Shown one piece after another: positions 9,526 through 20,769 of a stretch of DNA of 64,000 nucleotides. The notes beneath the pieces are model-generated. The model ran no database searches. It saw nothing but the letters and a program-made list of their open reading frames with translations, and was not told the origin of the DNA. The stretch comes from a virus (taxonomy: Duplodnaviria > Caudoviricetes). Position 1 is the stretch's first letter. Each line of letters starts with the position of its first letter. The stretch is taken from IMG/VR virus record IMGVR_UViG_3300017774_004101, positions 33,362-97,361 of that record. The stretch is one strand, 5' to 3'. The position numbers and the translations under genes are program-made.

Positions 9526-10611
9526 ATGTCATTACAAAACGAATTTAGAGTTTCAGAATTAATATCAAGTGGTTCTGCTGTGATTACTTCTCAAGATGAG
9601 CAAGGTAATCATACTTTTTATGTCAAACCCACTGCTGAAGATTTTGATGGTGAAACCTCTGGATATGTTGAAAGACCAAAGTATAACGAAGACCAATTAA
9701 AAAAGGCAGTTAATGTAGTTGTTGATGAATTAATAGCAGCACCTGCAAAACCACAACCAAAAGTTGTTCCTCAAAAAACATACGATAGATTAGAAGTATC
9801 ATATAATGAATCATTAGGAAAAAATACCGATTTAAGTAAACAATTAGGTGATGCCCTAGCAGAGATTGAAACTCTAAATACTGCAAACGAAGCACTTGCT
9901 ACTCAAATAGATGTAGAAAGATTATTAAGAGCATCGGCAGAGAACGAATCCGAAATTACAAATAATAAATATGTTTCACTAATTCAAGATTTTCAAAATG
10001 CACTTTCAAAAGGTATTAAAGAAGGTATTGAGAGGGTTTCGTTAGAAGCACAACTTAGAGGATTACAGGCTGAGAAAGAAACATTTAATGAATTACAAAA
10101 AAATTTAACATCTCAATTAGAAGCTGCTAATGCAAGGGCAATAGAATTACAAAATCAAGTTACAAATGCTCAACAATTATTGGCATCAGCTCAAATTGAA
10201 GCATCAAAGGCAAATGCAAATGCTGCAATAGCTAACCAAAATCTTACTGCCGCAACTACAAAAAAGAAAAAGATTATTTGTAACGAATTATATAATCAAG
10301 GATTCTTACCTCAACATATTTGGAACGCGGATGAATTATATGGTGAAATGATGTATAAGAAAGACCCATCATTAGTTTTAGGATATATGATGTGGGCTAA
10401 GAATGTGGTTAGGTTTATGAAAGCAAAACCACAATATACAAAATGGATTTATACAATGGTAAAGCCGTGGACAGAACATATGGCATACGAAGTTGGAATC
10501 CTACCTAACGATAATTGGATAGGAAAAATAATTCATAAAGTTGGTAAACAATATTGTTATTATGTTTACAATAAACAAATGAGTAAAAGAAAAATACTAG
10601 CATGGCAATAA
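9526..10611 (+). CDS. Coiled-coil protein with C-terminal KIICxEL domain
   Basis: Long heptad region, then KKKKIICNELYNQG...GYMMWAKNVV. Confidence 0.55.
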   Translation: MSLQNEFRVSELISSGSAVITSQDEQGNHTFYVKPTAEDFDGETSGYVERPKYNEDQLKKAVNVVVDELIAAPAKPQPKVVPQKTYDRLEVSYNESLGKNTDLSKQLGDALAEIETLNTANEALATQIDVERLLRASAENESEITNNKYVSLIQDFQNALSKGIKEGIERVSLEAQLRGLQAEKETFNELQKNLTSQLEAANARAIELQNQVTNAQQLLASAQIEASKANANAAIANQNLTAATTKKKKIICNELYNQGFLPQHIWNADELYGEMMYKKDPSLVLGYMMWAKNVVRFMKAKPQYTKWIYTMVKPWTEHMAYEVGILPNDNWIGKIIHKVGKQYCYYVYNKQMSKRKILAWQ

Positions 10612-12431
10612 ATCAATTCAAAGAAATAGTAGATAAAAAAGGCTACAAAGTTGATAGTAAAGATAGAGCAATTTTTGAAAAAGAAGTTGCTAAATCTTAC
10701 TTTGGACTAGGTGATGCAGATACTATTGAATTTATCTTATATGATTCAAGTGATAATTTATTACCACAAGGTGAGAATGGAGATTTAGTTAGATATATTT
10801 TTTTAGATGATGCAAATATTACAAAATATTTTATTTTTAGTGAAAATAAATCTAATATAAAAACAAATGGTGCTAGAGAATATATTATTGATACTGAAAA
10901 ATTAGTAAGAGATTCTGGCTATTCTAATGGTATGTTTAAAACTCAAACAACTCTATTAAATAGAAGAGTTGGTTCTGAAACAATTGAAAAAGATAAATTA
11001 TGGATACATGAAATATCACCATCACGAACTGAAATCAGAGTCTTACCTTTAAAAGATATTAATGAAAATACTATTGAAGATTTAGATATCAGATTAAATG
11101 TTCTATTAAAAGATGGTCAATTTAAAGATGATACAATTTATTTTGTAGAACCATTTATACAATCATTAAAAGTAGAGAATATTCTGAAATCATTTTTAAT
11201 GCAAAAGGGAACAATTGCAGAAGGAGAACAATATAGAAAATTAATTCAAACCGAATTTAAAATTCAAAATTGGGAAAATTTTATAAATATAATTAGAGAA
11301 AAATTAATTGAAACTACTAAACATTTTGTTGGTAATAGAGATACTAATATAACCTCTCTTAATTATGGAAAACCACTATCTACTCCAAAAGCAGTAGAAT
11401 TATCAATAGTTAAAATAAAAGAATTTATAATCAGTTCACTTATTCAAATTATAAGTTTTTATTTACCTAAACAAGATATACAAGAAGATAATATATTAAC
11501 GAAAGAAGAACAAATTACATTAGATGCTACGAAGGAGATTTTAAAATCAATAATCAGTGCTAATACAAATGAGACCAATGGTATCGGTAATAAACAAGGA
11601 GTAGTTAGAGGATGTACTGATAGAAACGCTAAAAACTATAACCCATTAGCAACTGAATCAGATGGTTCGTGTCAGTATAACCCACCAATAGATTCAAATC
11701 CAATTGAAAAAGTTAAAGGTTGTATGGATTCATCTGCTTTAAATTATAATAAATTTGCAGTTGAAGATGATGGTTCTTGTAAATACGCAGATGTTACCAG
11801 AGCAGTAACAACAACTAAAACATTCTATGTTTGGTCATCTGAAGGTGGAATCCTATTTACTGATGCGAATGGTAATAAACAAACTAATGTATTTGGTAGA
11901 GAATATGAATCATTGACAATTACATACCAAACAATCGAGTCATTTAGTGGTGATGTAAGAGAAGTACCAAAAATTAGAGAAGTGTTAACAACGGGATTAT
12001 ATAGAGTTTTAAATGATTCATATTATACCTATAATCCATATGGTTATAATGGATATGATTCGTATGGCGGAACGGGATATAATGGATATCAATACTATAA
12101 TAATAATGGGTATAATTATAATAATGGAACATCTGTTCCTATATTTTATAAAGATTCATCAGGTGCACCGGCAACAATACATTCATTACTACCTGGCCAA
12201 TCAGTAGAAATATGTGCGGTTGAAAATACTATATCTGAAGGTCCGAATATACGAATTACATTGATAGGGCCGTGTGGAGGTGTAACTACACCTACCCCAC
12301 CAACTACTCCCACAACAGGAGGCGGTGGTGGCAATACATTTGGCGGAGGAGCTGGATATATTGGTAACCCAATGGGTGGGGGGTTTGATGGAGGACAATT
12401 CGATACACAATCATTACAAAATTTTACATAA
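10602..12431 (+). CDS. Putative structural protein with GCxD-Cys repeats
   Basis: GCTDRNAKNYNPLATESDGSCQY and GCMDSSALNYNKFAVEDDGSCKY; Y/N/G-rich and P/T/G-rich tails. Confidence 0.55.
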   Translation: MAINQFKEIVDKKGYKVDSKDRAIFEKEVAKSYFGLGDADTIEFILYDSSDNLLPQGENGDLVRYIFLDDANITKYFIFSENKSNIKTNGAREYIIDTEKLVRDSGYSNGMFKTQTTLLNRRVGSETIEKDKLWIHEISPSRTEIRVLPLKDINENTIEDLDIRLNVLLKDGQFKDDTIYFVEPFIQSLKVENILKSFLMQKGTIAEGEQYRKLIQTEFKIQNWENFINIIREKLIETTKHFVGNRDTNITSLNYGKPLSTPKAVELSIVKIKEFIISSLIQIISFYLPKQDIQEDNILTKEEQITLDATKEILKSIISANTNETNGIGNKQGVVRGCTDRNAKNYNPLATESDGSCQYNPPIDSNPIEKVKGCMDSSALNYNKFAVEDDGSCKYADVTRAVTTTKTFYVWSSEGGILFTDANGNKQTNVFGREYESLTITYQTIESFSGDVREVPKIREVLTTGLYRVLNDSYYTYNPYGYNGYDSYGGTGYNGYQYYNNNGYNYNNGTSVPIFYKDSSGAPATIHSLLPGQSVEICAVENTISEGPNIRITLIGPCGGVTTPTPPTTPTTGGGGGNTFGGGAGYIGNPMGGGFDGGQFDTQSLQNFT

Positions 12432-12475
12432 GTAATAGATAAAAAGATACTTATATAAATAAGGGATTAGAATAA

Positions 12476-15400
12476 ATGGCAGAAATGAATAAACAAGAGG
12501 GTGGCTATACCCCAAATAATCAAGATGCTGCTTTTGTCAATGATTTCGTCAATGATAATAGTGGCGGAGGTGGTGGCGGAGGTGGAGGGGGAAACCCAAC
12601 CTCACCAATATTTGGTTGTACTGACCCGCGTGCTAGTAATTATAACGCATCTGCTACATATAATGATGGTTCGTGTACCTATGCACCAACTAACGTATAC
12701 AATACACAAAATTTAGTAGTTGAAATAGGAATACAATCTAATCCACAAGATGGAATAGTATTGGTAGATGGGGTAATACAAAATGTAAAAACAACACCTA
12801 CTCAATTAAGTTTTAATCAAAAAGAATTACTTACTCCTAAACAAATAACACTTCAAAAATCAGGATTAGAATCTTCAGATGTTTATAAAGTTTATACTTT
12901 AAAAAAAGAAAATAGAAAACAAATCCCGGTAGAAATTCCATTTGATGATGTGATTGGTTATACGTTTGAACAAGACCCACAAAATCCAAACGCAGTAATT
13001 AGAAAAAGGGAAGAAAGACCAAAGGTATATGAAAGTTTAGTATACTTTACTTATTATCAATTAGTAGTTGAAAAATTAATTGATGGTAATTTTATTCAAC
13101 AAAATATATTAGAAGCAAGTACTGAAACTGATGCTGTATTAAGTACTACATTAAAATTTGATTTTAAAACATTTCCAGTACCAATTGACCTACTTCCTGA
13201 AGCAGTTGCAAGAATACAAATAAATGGTGATGTTTATCAAAATGATTTAATATCATATCGTGCAACAAATGGTGTAACTGGAAATGTTACATCTGGAAGA
13301 ACTGAATTTGATTTTTCACCTAGTTCAGGTGGTTATTGTATTGATTTTATTTCAAATGGATTATCTGCACAAACACACGCAGTTGTTTATGAAGTAATTA
13401 CAAAGGGAAATAGTGTTAAGTATGATAGATTAGATTTTAAATTAGAACCAGGAATTGATAATGTAATAGTTAATATTTCCGTATCTAAAAAATCAAATGA
13501 TAATATACCCCAAGCAGATGCACCTACATTACGAACCGAAGGTATATCTTTTGAATTTAATATAGCAGGTGATAATAATTTAAACATACCATATAATAGT
13601 GTTAACGCATCGGAGATTATCTATTCATTAGGTTCTACCCAACGTACCCTATCTCCAAATGGTTCAATTGTTTTATCTAAAAACGATTTTTATAATGGTG
13701 TTGGTAACTATGTAGTTTATTTACAACCTCGTTCGGATAGGGCAGGTAGTGGTCAAACTACAAAGATTACAATTAATGTAGTTAATAAATATTATTTACC
13801 AGGACCAGATATTACACATATTAATTATCCGCAGAATATTAAAGGTGCGGATTTTAAAGGATTTAATGTTGATTTTGATATTAGTTGGCAATCAATTAAT
13901 ACAAACTACATTGAGATGTATGTCTCAAAGTATGATAAACAATATGCAATTGGTAAACTATCACCTGCAGGTTTAATTACATTAAATGTAGAAGAGGTTT
14001 TAAAGAAAGCACAAAATCAATTTAATGAAGATACTGATAAAGTTCAATTTGAAATTTTATTAGTTCCATTTAACGCGGAAGGCGATGAATTAACCGAAGG
14101 TAAGATTGAAAGAATTTCCATTTTATTTGATAAGGGAGATTTAAAATTACGAAGAGGTAGTGTAATTGCCGATATTAGAAGTGCGTTTGAAATTAACTTA
14201 GACCAAAAAATATTAGAAGAAGAAATTTCTAAATTTTTAACTCACTATCTACACTTAGGTGATGGTGATAATAAATTAATTGCAACGTGGGGAGTTGATA
14301 CTGAAACTTTTTCTGAATATAAAACTGATGCAGAAACGGGAACTCGTACAAAAACTAAAGAACAAAAATCATTAGTTTTAAAGTTGTATGAACCACTTCC
14401 TCGTGAGATACAACCTAATCAACAATTATGGATATCTAAAATTCAATCGATTCCTATAATAGAACAAGTTACTATTATTGATGAATTAAAAAGTGATTGT
14501 ACACCATTAAAACCAAATTTTAATGTAACAATTGGTGATGAAATTGGATATCAAATATTAGATGATTTAATTTCAAGCGGTTCTAATACCTCTACTGATT
14601 TAATTAACTCATATGTAAGTTCAAGTGAATTTTCATTGGAGAATTTAAATATTCAATATGAAAGTGGTTCAACTTATGCGTGGTCTAACTTTGTAAAATA
14701 CTCATCAGCAGAAGAAAGAGTTAAAAACTTTTTATATAAAGTAGAATTAATTGAATTTTATGATACTAAAATAAATTTTGTATCAAGTAGTTTATCGTAT
14801 ACATCGGGTTCAGTAACATCATCATTAGAATTACAAAAACACGTTCAAAGTAAACACAAAGTTAAAGCCGGATTTGATGGATTTGAAAAATATTTATATA
14901 CAACATCTGGTTCGGATGGTACATTAACATATCCCGGAGCAGGTGGTTCTTCAGTAAGTCAATCTACGGATTCTTCGGTTACCAATTGGTATAATGGAAT
15001 TATAGATGATGCACAACAATATGATTACAACAACAAAAATATATTAGTAAATAATATTCCTGCACATATTACAAACGATGCTGAAAATGCTGAGTTTGTT
15101 TTATTTTTAAATATGATGGGTCAACACTTTGATACCCTATGGTCATATACAAAAGGGATTGCACAATCTAAAAAATTAGAACATAAATACGAAGATGGAA
15201 TTGGTAACGATTTAATATATCATATGTTAGAATCATTAGGTTGGAACGCCGATATGGGAGTTCAATCTCAATACCTATGGGAATACGCATTTGGTAAGAA
15301 TTCAGATGGGTCTTCTTCATCATCAATGAGTGGAAAATCTCGTCAACATCAAGTATGGAGACGAATACTAAATAACTTACCATATCTATTAAAACATAAG

Positions 15401-17572
15401 GGTACAAAAAGGGCATTAAGTGCAGCAATGGCTTGTTATGGTGTTCCATCCTCCATGTTAACAATAATGGAATATGGTGGACCACAAGACCCATCATCTG
15501 ATGCGACTACAACATTTACATTTGATGATAGAACCTGTGCTTTACACTTTGAAACCGGTTCATTCTTACAAATTCCGTTTAAAAATTATTCTGATACTAA
15601 TGGAACTGATTTTCCTAACGCAATTGAGTTTAGTATTAATACTTTGCAAAGTAGTCTTACTCAAAGTTTATTAAGAACTGATAAATGGGTATTAGATTTA
15701 GTACCAGGAACAGGTTCTCTTGCTAAATTAGAATTTAAAATTACAGGTAGTAATGTAACTCAATCAGTATCTACTGATTATATACCATTCTACAATGATG
15801 CATATACAAATATTGTTTTAAATAGAAGAACTGGTTCTACTACCGAAGTGTTTGAATTATATTTCAAAGAAGGATTTCAAGGAAGAATCAGAAATGAAGC
15901 AACTGCTACTTTATCATTACCAACCGGTTCAACTACTTGGAAAAGTGGTTCTATATTATATATTGGTGAAGGATTAACTGGTTCATTAGATGAATTCCGT
16001 TTATGGAGAACACCATTATCAGAATCTCGTATTGATAACCATACCCTATTACCTGATGCAATTGATGGTTCACATATTTCTGCATCAACGATTGATTTAT
16101 TGTTCCGTTTGGATTTTGAATATCCAATCAGTTTAACGCAAGGGACATCAAATATACCGTCAGGGTCAATTAAGAACGTTTCTATTAATGAAGGGTATTC
16201 AAATTTTGCAAGTGCTTCTAATTTTACTGCAAATACAACTTATCCATATCAGTACATACCATATGAAAGAACTGTAACAGCAAAAGTTCCTTCAAGTGGA
16301 TTGACGGTAGGAAATAAATTCCGTTTTGAAACACAAACCCTATCAGGTGATTTAAACTATAAAAGTAGAGCAACTAAAAAATCATATGACCAAGCACCAA
16401 TAGATACGGATAGATTGGGATTATTTTTCTCACCTATGAAAGAAGTGAATATGGATATTCTACGTTCTTTAGGTGAATTTAATATAGATGATTATATCGG
16501 TAATCCTGCAGATGAATACAACGATTCATACTCAGATTTAGCTACTTTAAGAAATTATTATTTCCAACGATATAATTTAAATACTCACGAATATATTCAA
16601 TTAGTAAGATATATTGATAAATCACTTTTTGAAACATTAGAATCATTAGTTCCTGCAAGGGCAAAGGTTTCATCTGGTTTATTGATTGAACCACATATTT
16701 TAGAAAGAAGTAAAGTTAAATGGAACAAACCATCTGCAGTAAATGCTCAACATGAAGTTACTATTGATACAAATGAAACTACAAATCAGTTTGCATCATA
16801 CCAAAATATAAATGCGTTTATTTCTACATCTAATGCAATTGATTTAAATGTAACAAACCCACAATATTCTGTTGAAATTCAAACACAAGGGGATTTAAAT
16901 TTAGTTGGGACAAATAATTCTTATAATAGTGAAATAGATACATTTAGTACTACAAACGTCTTTGGAACAATTACAACTGATTCAACCAAAACAATGGGTG
17001 GAATTTTTGCACCAATAGATGCTACTATTACTGGTTCGATAACGGGTGAATACGACCAAACTGAATTTATTCAAGTTGGGCTGGATAGAGATTCTCTATC
17101 CGTTGCCGGATTTGGATTATTTGGTTCTAATGGGAATGTAATTAGAACGTATAGAGATGTTTGGGGTAATTTTATAAAAGAAAGAAATAAAGTATTTTTA
17201 ATAAAAGAAAGTTATACAAAAAATATACCTGAAAACATAAACGCTTTAGATAAAAGTTTAGGAACAGAATTAATTTCAAGGACTTTTTATAGAACAAAGG
17301 TTACTATATTAGATTGGGATGGCATAACACCAACTGTCGGTGGTAATATTGTAGAGGTAACTCCGTTAAATGGGTATTTTTCAACCCATTATAGAAATAC
17401 TGGTGATTTATCAACCGGATTACAAAATAGTTATTTTAATGGGTCTAAACAAACCTCTACAACTAATATTTTAGGTGGTTCACCGGTTCAAACATTCACA
17501 ACTAACCCTAATATACTAAAAGTTTCAGATACAGGAAGAGGAAGTGGAGAACCAATTTTAGTAGTTGATTAA
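12476..17572 (+). CDS. Large baseplate/tail structural protein (1698 aa) with LamG-like segment
   Basis: Baseplate cluster context; YLLKHKGTKRAL motif seen in gp7-like/tail proteins; GSLDEFRLW LamG-like motif; one GCTD repeat. Confidence 0.6.
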   Translation: MAEMNKQEGGYTPNNQDAAFVNDFVNDNSGGGGGGGGGGNPTSPIFGCTDPRASNYNASATYNDGSCTYAPTNVYNTQNLVVEIGIQSNPQDGIVLVDGVIQNVKTTPTQLSFNQKELLTPKQITLQKSGLESSDVYKVYTLKKENRKQIPVEIPFDDVIGYTFEQDPQNPNAVIRKREERPKVYESLVYFTYYQLVVEKLIDGNFIQQNILEASTETDAVLSTTLKFDFKTFPVPIDLLPEAVARIQINGDVYQNDLISYRATNGVTGNVTSGRTEFDFSPSSGGYCIDFISNGLSAQTHAVVYEVITKGNSVKYDRLDFKLEPGIDNVIVNISVSKKSNDNIPQADAPTLRTEGISFEFNIAGDNNLNIPYNSVNASEIIYSLGSTQRTLSPNGSIVLSKNDFYNGVGNYVVYLQPRSDRAGSGQTTKITINVVNKYYLPGPDITHINYPQNIKGADFKGFNVDFDISWQSINTNYIEMYVSKYDKQYAIGKLSPAGLITLNVEEVLKKAQNQFNEDTDKVQFEILLVPFNAEGDELTEGKIERISILFDKGDLKLRRGSVIADIRSAFEINLDQKILEEEISKFLTHYLHLGDGDNKLIATWGVDTETFSEYKTDAETGTRTKTKEQKSLVLKLYEPLPREIQPNQQLWISKIQSIPIIEQVTIIDELKSDCTPLKPNFNVTIGDEIGYQILDDLISSGSNTSTDLINSYVSSSEFSLENLNIQYESGSTYAWSNFVKYSSAEERVKNFLYKVELIEFYDTKINFVSSSLSYTSGSVTSSLELQKHVQSKHKVKAGFDGFEKYLYTTSGSDGTLTYPGAGGSSVSQSTDSSVTNWYNGIIDDAQQYDYNNKNILVNNIPAHITNDAENAEFVLFLNMMGQHFDTLWSYTKGIAQSKKLEHKYEDGIGNDLIYHMLESLGWNADMGVQSQYLWEYAFGKNSDGSSSSSMSGKSRQHQVWRRILNNLPYLLKHKGTKRALSAAMACYGVPSSMLTIMEYGGPQDPSSDATTTFTFDDRTCALHFETGSFLQIPFKNYSDTNGTDFPNAIEFSINTLQSSLTQSLLRTDKWVLDLVPGTGSLAKLEFKITGSNVTQSVSTDYIPFYNDAYTNIVLNRRTGSTTEVFELYFKEGFQGRIRNEATATLSLPTGSTTWKSGSILYIGEGLTGSLDEFRLWRTPLSESRIDNHTLLPDAIDGSHISASTIDLLFRLDFEYPISLTQGTSNIPSGSIKNVSINEGYSNFASASNFTANTTYPYQYIPYERTVTAKVPSSGLTVGNKFRFETQTLSGDLNYKSRATKKSYDQAPIDTDRLGLFFSPMKEVNMDILRSLGEFNIDDYIGNPADEYNDSYSDLATLRNYYFQRYNLNTHEYIQLVRYIDKSLFETLESLVPARAKVSSGLLIEPHILERSKVKWNKPSAVNAQHEVTIDTNETTNQFASYQNINAFISTSNAIDLNVTNPQYSVEIQTQGDLNLVGTNNSYNSEIDTFSTTNVFGTITTDSTKTMGGIFAPIDATITGSITGEYDQTEFIQVGLDRDSLSVAGFGLFGSNGNVIRTYRDVWGNFIKERNKVFLIKESYTKNIPENINALDKSLGTELISRTFYRTKVTILDWDGITPTVGGNIVEVTPLNGYFSTHYRNTGDLSTGLQNSYFNGSKQTSTTNILGGSPVQTFTTNPNILKVSDTGRGSGEPILVVD

Positions 17573-17630
17573 TGAAAATTATTAAATACTTATATTTATA
17601 TACGAAAGTAAAAAAGAAAATACAAAAATT

Positions 17631-18254
17631 ATGGCATACTTAGATAATTCCGAAATCACAGTTGATGCGATTCTTACTAAGAAAGGTAGAGAAAAATTAG
17701 CATCTGGACAAGGTCTTAACATTACTAAATTCGCATTAGGTGATGATGAGATTGATTACACACTTTATGAACCAGCACACCCAAAGGGTTCTGCTTATTA
17801 TGATGCAGCAATCAGAGCGATTCCTGTAACTGAAGCATCTCCTGATGAAACTCAAGTTCTAAAATATAAATTGGTAACTTTACCAAAAGGTACAACTAAA
17901 ATTCCTAAAGTAGAATTTGGCGTTCCTTCAATTTCAGTAAACCAAAGAAGTGGTCAGGTATCTTTAACTCCAACAACATCACCAAGTGGAAACGGACAGT
18001 CAGGATATACAATTGTATTAGCAAATAAAAATGCAGGTTCAATTGTTGGTAGTGGTATCGCAGCAGGTACGGGTACAATACCAGTATTCTTAGGCGATGA
18101 AATCACAACAACTGCAGCAGTAGAAAGAGGATTAACATTCTCATTCATTCCTAACCCAAATACAACACAAACTATTAAGACAACTATAACAGTATATGGT
18201 AACGAAACAGGTGGTTCTCAAACTATTCCTGTAACCGTATCTTATATAGCTTAA
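17631..18254 (+). CDS. Baseplate / tail-fibre attachment protein
   Basis: AILTKKGREKLA...ITKFALGDDEIDY resembles the N-terminal half of tail-collar/fibre attachment domains. Confidence 0.55.
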   Translation: MAYLDNSEITVDAILTKKGREKLASGQGLNITKFALGDDEIDYTLYEPAHPKGSAYYDAAIRAIPVTEASPDETQVLKYKLVTLPKGTTKIPKVEFGVPSISVNQRSGQVSLTPTTSPSGNGQSGYTIVLANKNAGSIVGSGIAAGTGTIPVFLGDEITTTAAVERGLTFSFIPNPNTTQTIKTTITVYGNETGGSQTIPVTVSYIA

Positions 18255-18271
18255 ACGGAGAATAAAATAAT

Positions 18272-19489
18272 ATGGCACAAATAACAGGACAAGCAGGAGT
18301 AAATTTAACATCAGAATTAGCAGCATATTTGCAATCTAGTAATGGAAATATAACTACCGAGCAATTATCAAATCTTATAAACCAATATGTGACAGGTGGT
18401 GATAAATTAGCTGCACAAGGTGGTTCAATTACAACTGGTATCTACAAAAGATTTGGCGAATTTGACCAAATTACAGGAAAAGTAGAGGTTGTAACGACTG
18501 GTCTTTGGAGTGGTGATACGGGAAGTTTAAATTATTATGCAACATCTTCAACTCAAGCGGTAGCAGCAAGTTCAAATTATTATTTAGATGTATATAAATC
18601 AGGTTCGGATGATATTCAATTTGCTGTAGCATACGGACACAAATATGCAAGTGGTTCGGTTTCATTAGACAACGACAATGATTCAACTCTAGCAACAAAA
18701 GCAACATATGCACAATATCGTTCTATTTTATTAGACCAAACGGACGAATTTTTCACATTTGATTCAGCATCAGGCGAAGGTTTACACGATTCTAGCGATA
18801 TCTATGTTATTAACGTAGCAAGAGCTAGATATAAAGAAACAATGGATGCCGGTAATTGGGAATTATCCCTAAGTGGTTCAAATGGTATTACTACATTTAT
18901 TGATGATAGTGGTAAAAAATTCTCTGATACTGTTGGTAAAGCAGGTAGATTATTTTATGTTGTATCTGGTTCTTTAAATTTAGGACAAGATGCAGAAGCA
19001 ACAATTAGTGGTAGATATGATACAAGTGGTAGAGGATTTGGATTATTTTATCCAGACCAAGGTCTTATTGTATTAAATCCTACAGCAATTCATTCAAAAA
19101 TTGGTGCATCAAAAGATAGCGGTTCAGTAGGTGGAAAATCAATTTATAGTGGTGTTACATATGAAGGTAAAAATCATTTCTTATTGTATAATGCAATTAA
19201 GGGTGGAGCAGATTTTGAAGCAAGAAGAACTGAAAACGTTTCAACCTCTCATTACTTTGTAAGGGCAACAAATAGAGAATTTAACTTCTCAAATAATCCA
19301 ACATTTACAAGTGGTTCATCTGATGGTTCATTTGTTGAATCTACATTTGAAAGAGACCCGAGAACATATATTACAACAATTGGTCTATACAACGATGCTA
19401 ACGAAATGTTGGCAGTTGCTAAAACTTCACAACCGATTGCAAAATCATTTGATAAAGAAGTTTTAATAGCGGTTAAATTAGATTTCTAA
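18272..19489 (+). CDS. Baseplate / tail structural protein
   Basis: C-terminal YITTIGLYNDANEMLAVAKTSQPIAK...KLDF motif. Confidence 0.55.
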   Translation: MAQITGQAGVNLTSELAAYLQSSNGNITTEQLSNLINQYVTGGDKLAAQGGSITTGIYKRFGEFDQITGKVEVVTTGLWSGDTGSLNYYATSSTQAVAASSNYYLDVYKSGSDDIQFAVAYGHKYASGSVSLDNDNDSTLATKATYAQYRSILLDQTDEFFTFDSASGEGLHDSSDIYVINVARARYKETMDAGNWELSLSGSNGITTFIDDSGKKFSDTVGKAGRLFYVVSGSLNLGQDAEATISGRYDTSGRGFGLFYPDQGLIVLNPTAIHSKIGASKDSGSVGGKSIYSGVTYEGKNHFLLYNAIKGGADFEARRTENVSTSHYFVRATNREFNFSNNPTFTSGSSDGSFVESTFERDPRTYITTIGLYNDANEMLAVAKTSQPIAKSFDKEVLIAVKLDF

Positions 19490-19543
19490 TTAAAAAATTA
19501 TTTGGGAGTATCGTAGAACAAAAACCAAATAACATATTTAAAG

Positions 19544-19570
19544 AACCCAACCCTAAAAAGTTGGGTTTTT
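19544..19570 (+). terminator. Intrinsic terminator
   Basis: AACCCAAC-cctaaaaa-GTTGGGTT followed by T run. Confidence 0.8.
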
Positions 19571-19606
19571 AGTTATTAAAATACTTATATAGGTAAGGAA
19601 TTCACT

Positions 19607-20737
19607 ATGTTTAAATCAATACCCAAATCAAATATATCTAAAAGGTCATTCAATGTATACAAACTTTGGAATGCTGACCAGGGTGATTATCCTATTATAA
19701 AGGTATATAATGAAACTGGTTTATTTGATGAAAACTCAGACAAAAGTGAAGGTTATTTTGTTCACACCTTATACAATTCATTAAAAAGTAAATACTATTC
19801 AAAAGAAGGTAATTCATTTACAACATTTGGGTCAACAAAAAATTTAGCAGATTTAAAATCAGAAAGAATATTACCAGATACCTTTCAGATAATAGCAATT
19901 GATAGAAATCGATTTGGTGAAGAGATAAAAAAAGAAAGTATAGAATTATTAATAGACGATTTAACTTATGTTGATGATGGATTTGGTATTATTAGAGAAG
20001 AGGGTAATGTATACACATTAGTTAGTCTTGATTTAGATAATAATGGAGTTGGGTATTTAACTATTGATGATGGTATTCAATATTATAACATTGAAGTCCT
20101 ATCAATAGATTTAAATGACGGGTCATCTACCTTAATTTATAACGGAGATACTGATGAATATTTTATAATTTCTATTAATTTTCAAACTAATAAAATTAAT
20201 TTTACAGCTCAATTACAATTTGAAAATACTGATATAAAATTAAAAAGTAATGGTAATGTATTTTATGATGATGGTTTAATTGCTATGACTAATGATATTG
20301 ATTTTACTAGTTACGCATTAGAATATCGTTCAACACAAACAATATATGAAACCGAAATTTTAATTTCTGCTAATAGTGGAGAATTTAATTATTCACAAAA
20401 TCCAACCGCAGTTAAGGTATTAGTTAGTGGTTCGTATGATTTTGAAATAACAGGAGTAAATAATTCATTCCCAGCAGGAACTAAAAAAATAAAAGAGGTA
20501 TTAGATATATCACGTAGAGAGTTCTTTAGCGGGTCTATTGGTTCGATTAGTGGTTCGTGGGAGGATTACTATACAAATGTATCAACTGACCCGACTGGTT
20601 CTTATTTAACCACCTATATCACTACAATTGGATTGTACGATGATGATGATAATCTATTAGTTGTTGCTAAATTACCGAAACCAATAAAAAATTTACCGGA
20701 TTATAATCTTAATTTTTTAGTCCGTTTTGATACTTAA
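19607..20737 (+). CDS. Structural protein, paralog of 18272..19489
   Basis: Shares EFNYSQNPT and YITTIGLYDDDDNLLVVAKLPKPIK...RFD with the upstream gene. Confidence 0.6.
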   Translation: MFKSIPKSNISKRSFNVYKLWNADQGDYPIIKVYNETGLFDENSDKSEGYFVHTLYNSLKSKYYSKEGNSFTTFGSTKNLADLKSERILPDTFQIIAIDRNRFGEEIKKESIELLIDDLTYVDDGFGIIREEGNVYTLVSLDLDNNGVGYLTIDDGIQYYNIEVLSIDLNDGSSTLIYNGDTDEYFIISINFQTNKINFTAQLQFENTDIKLKSNGNVFYDDGLIAMTNDIDFTSYALEYRSTQTIYETEILISANSGEFNYSQNPTAVKVLVSGSYDFEITGVNNSFPAGTKKIKEVLDISRREFFSGSIGSISGSWEDYYTNVSTDPTGSYLTTYITTIGLYDDDDNLLVVAKLPKPIKNLPDYNLNFLVRFDT

Positions 20738-20769
20738 TGATATTTATAAGCATATAACACAAAAAACCT

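Noticed and set aside
12454-12461. Forward T4 late promoter TATAAATA
   Set aside because: Single intergenic instance noticed, overlapping an ATACTTATA motif; it does not recur before other genes.
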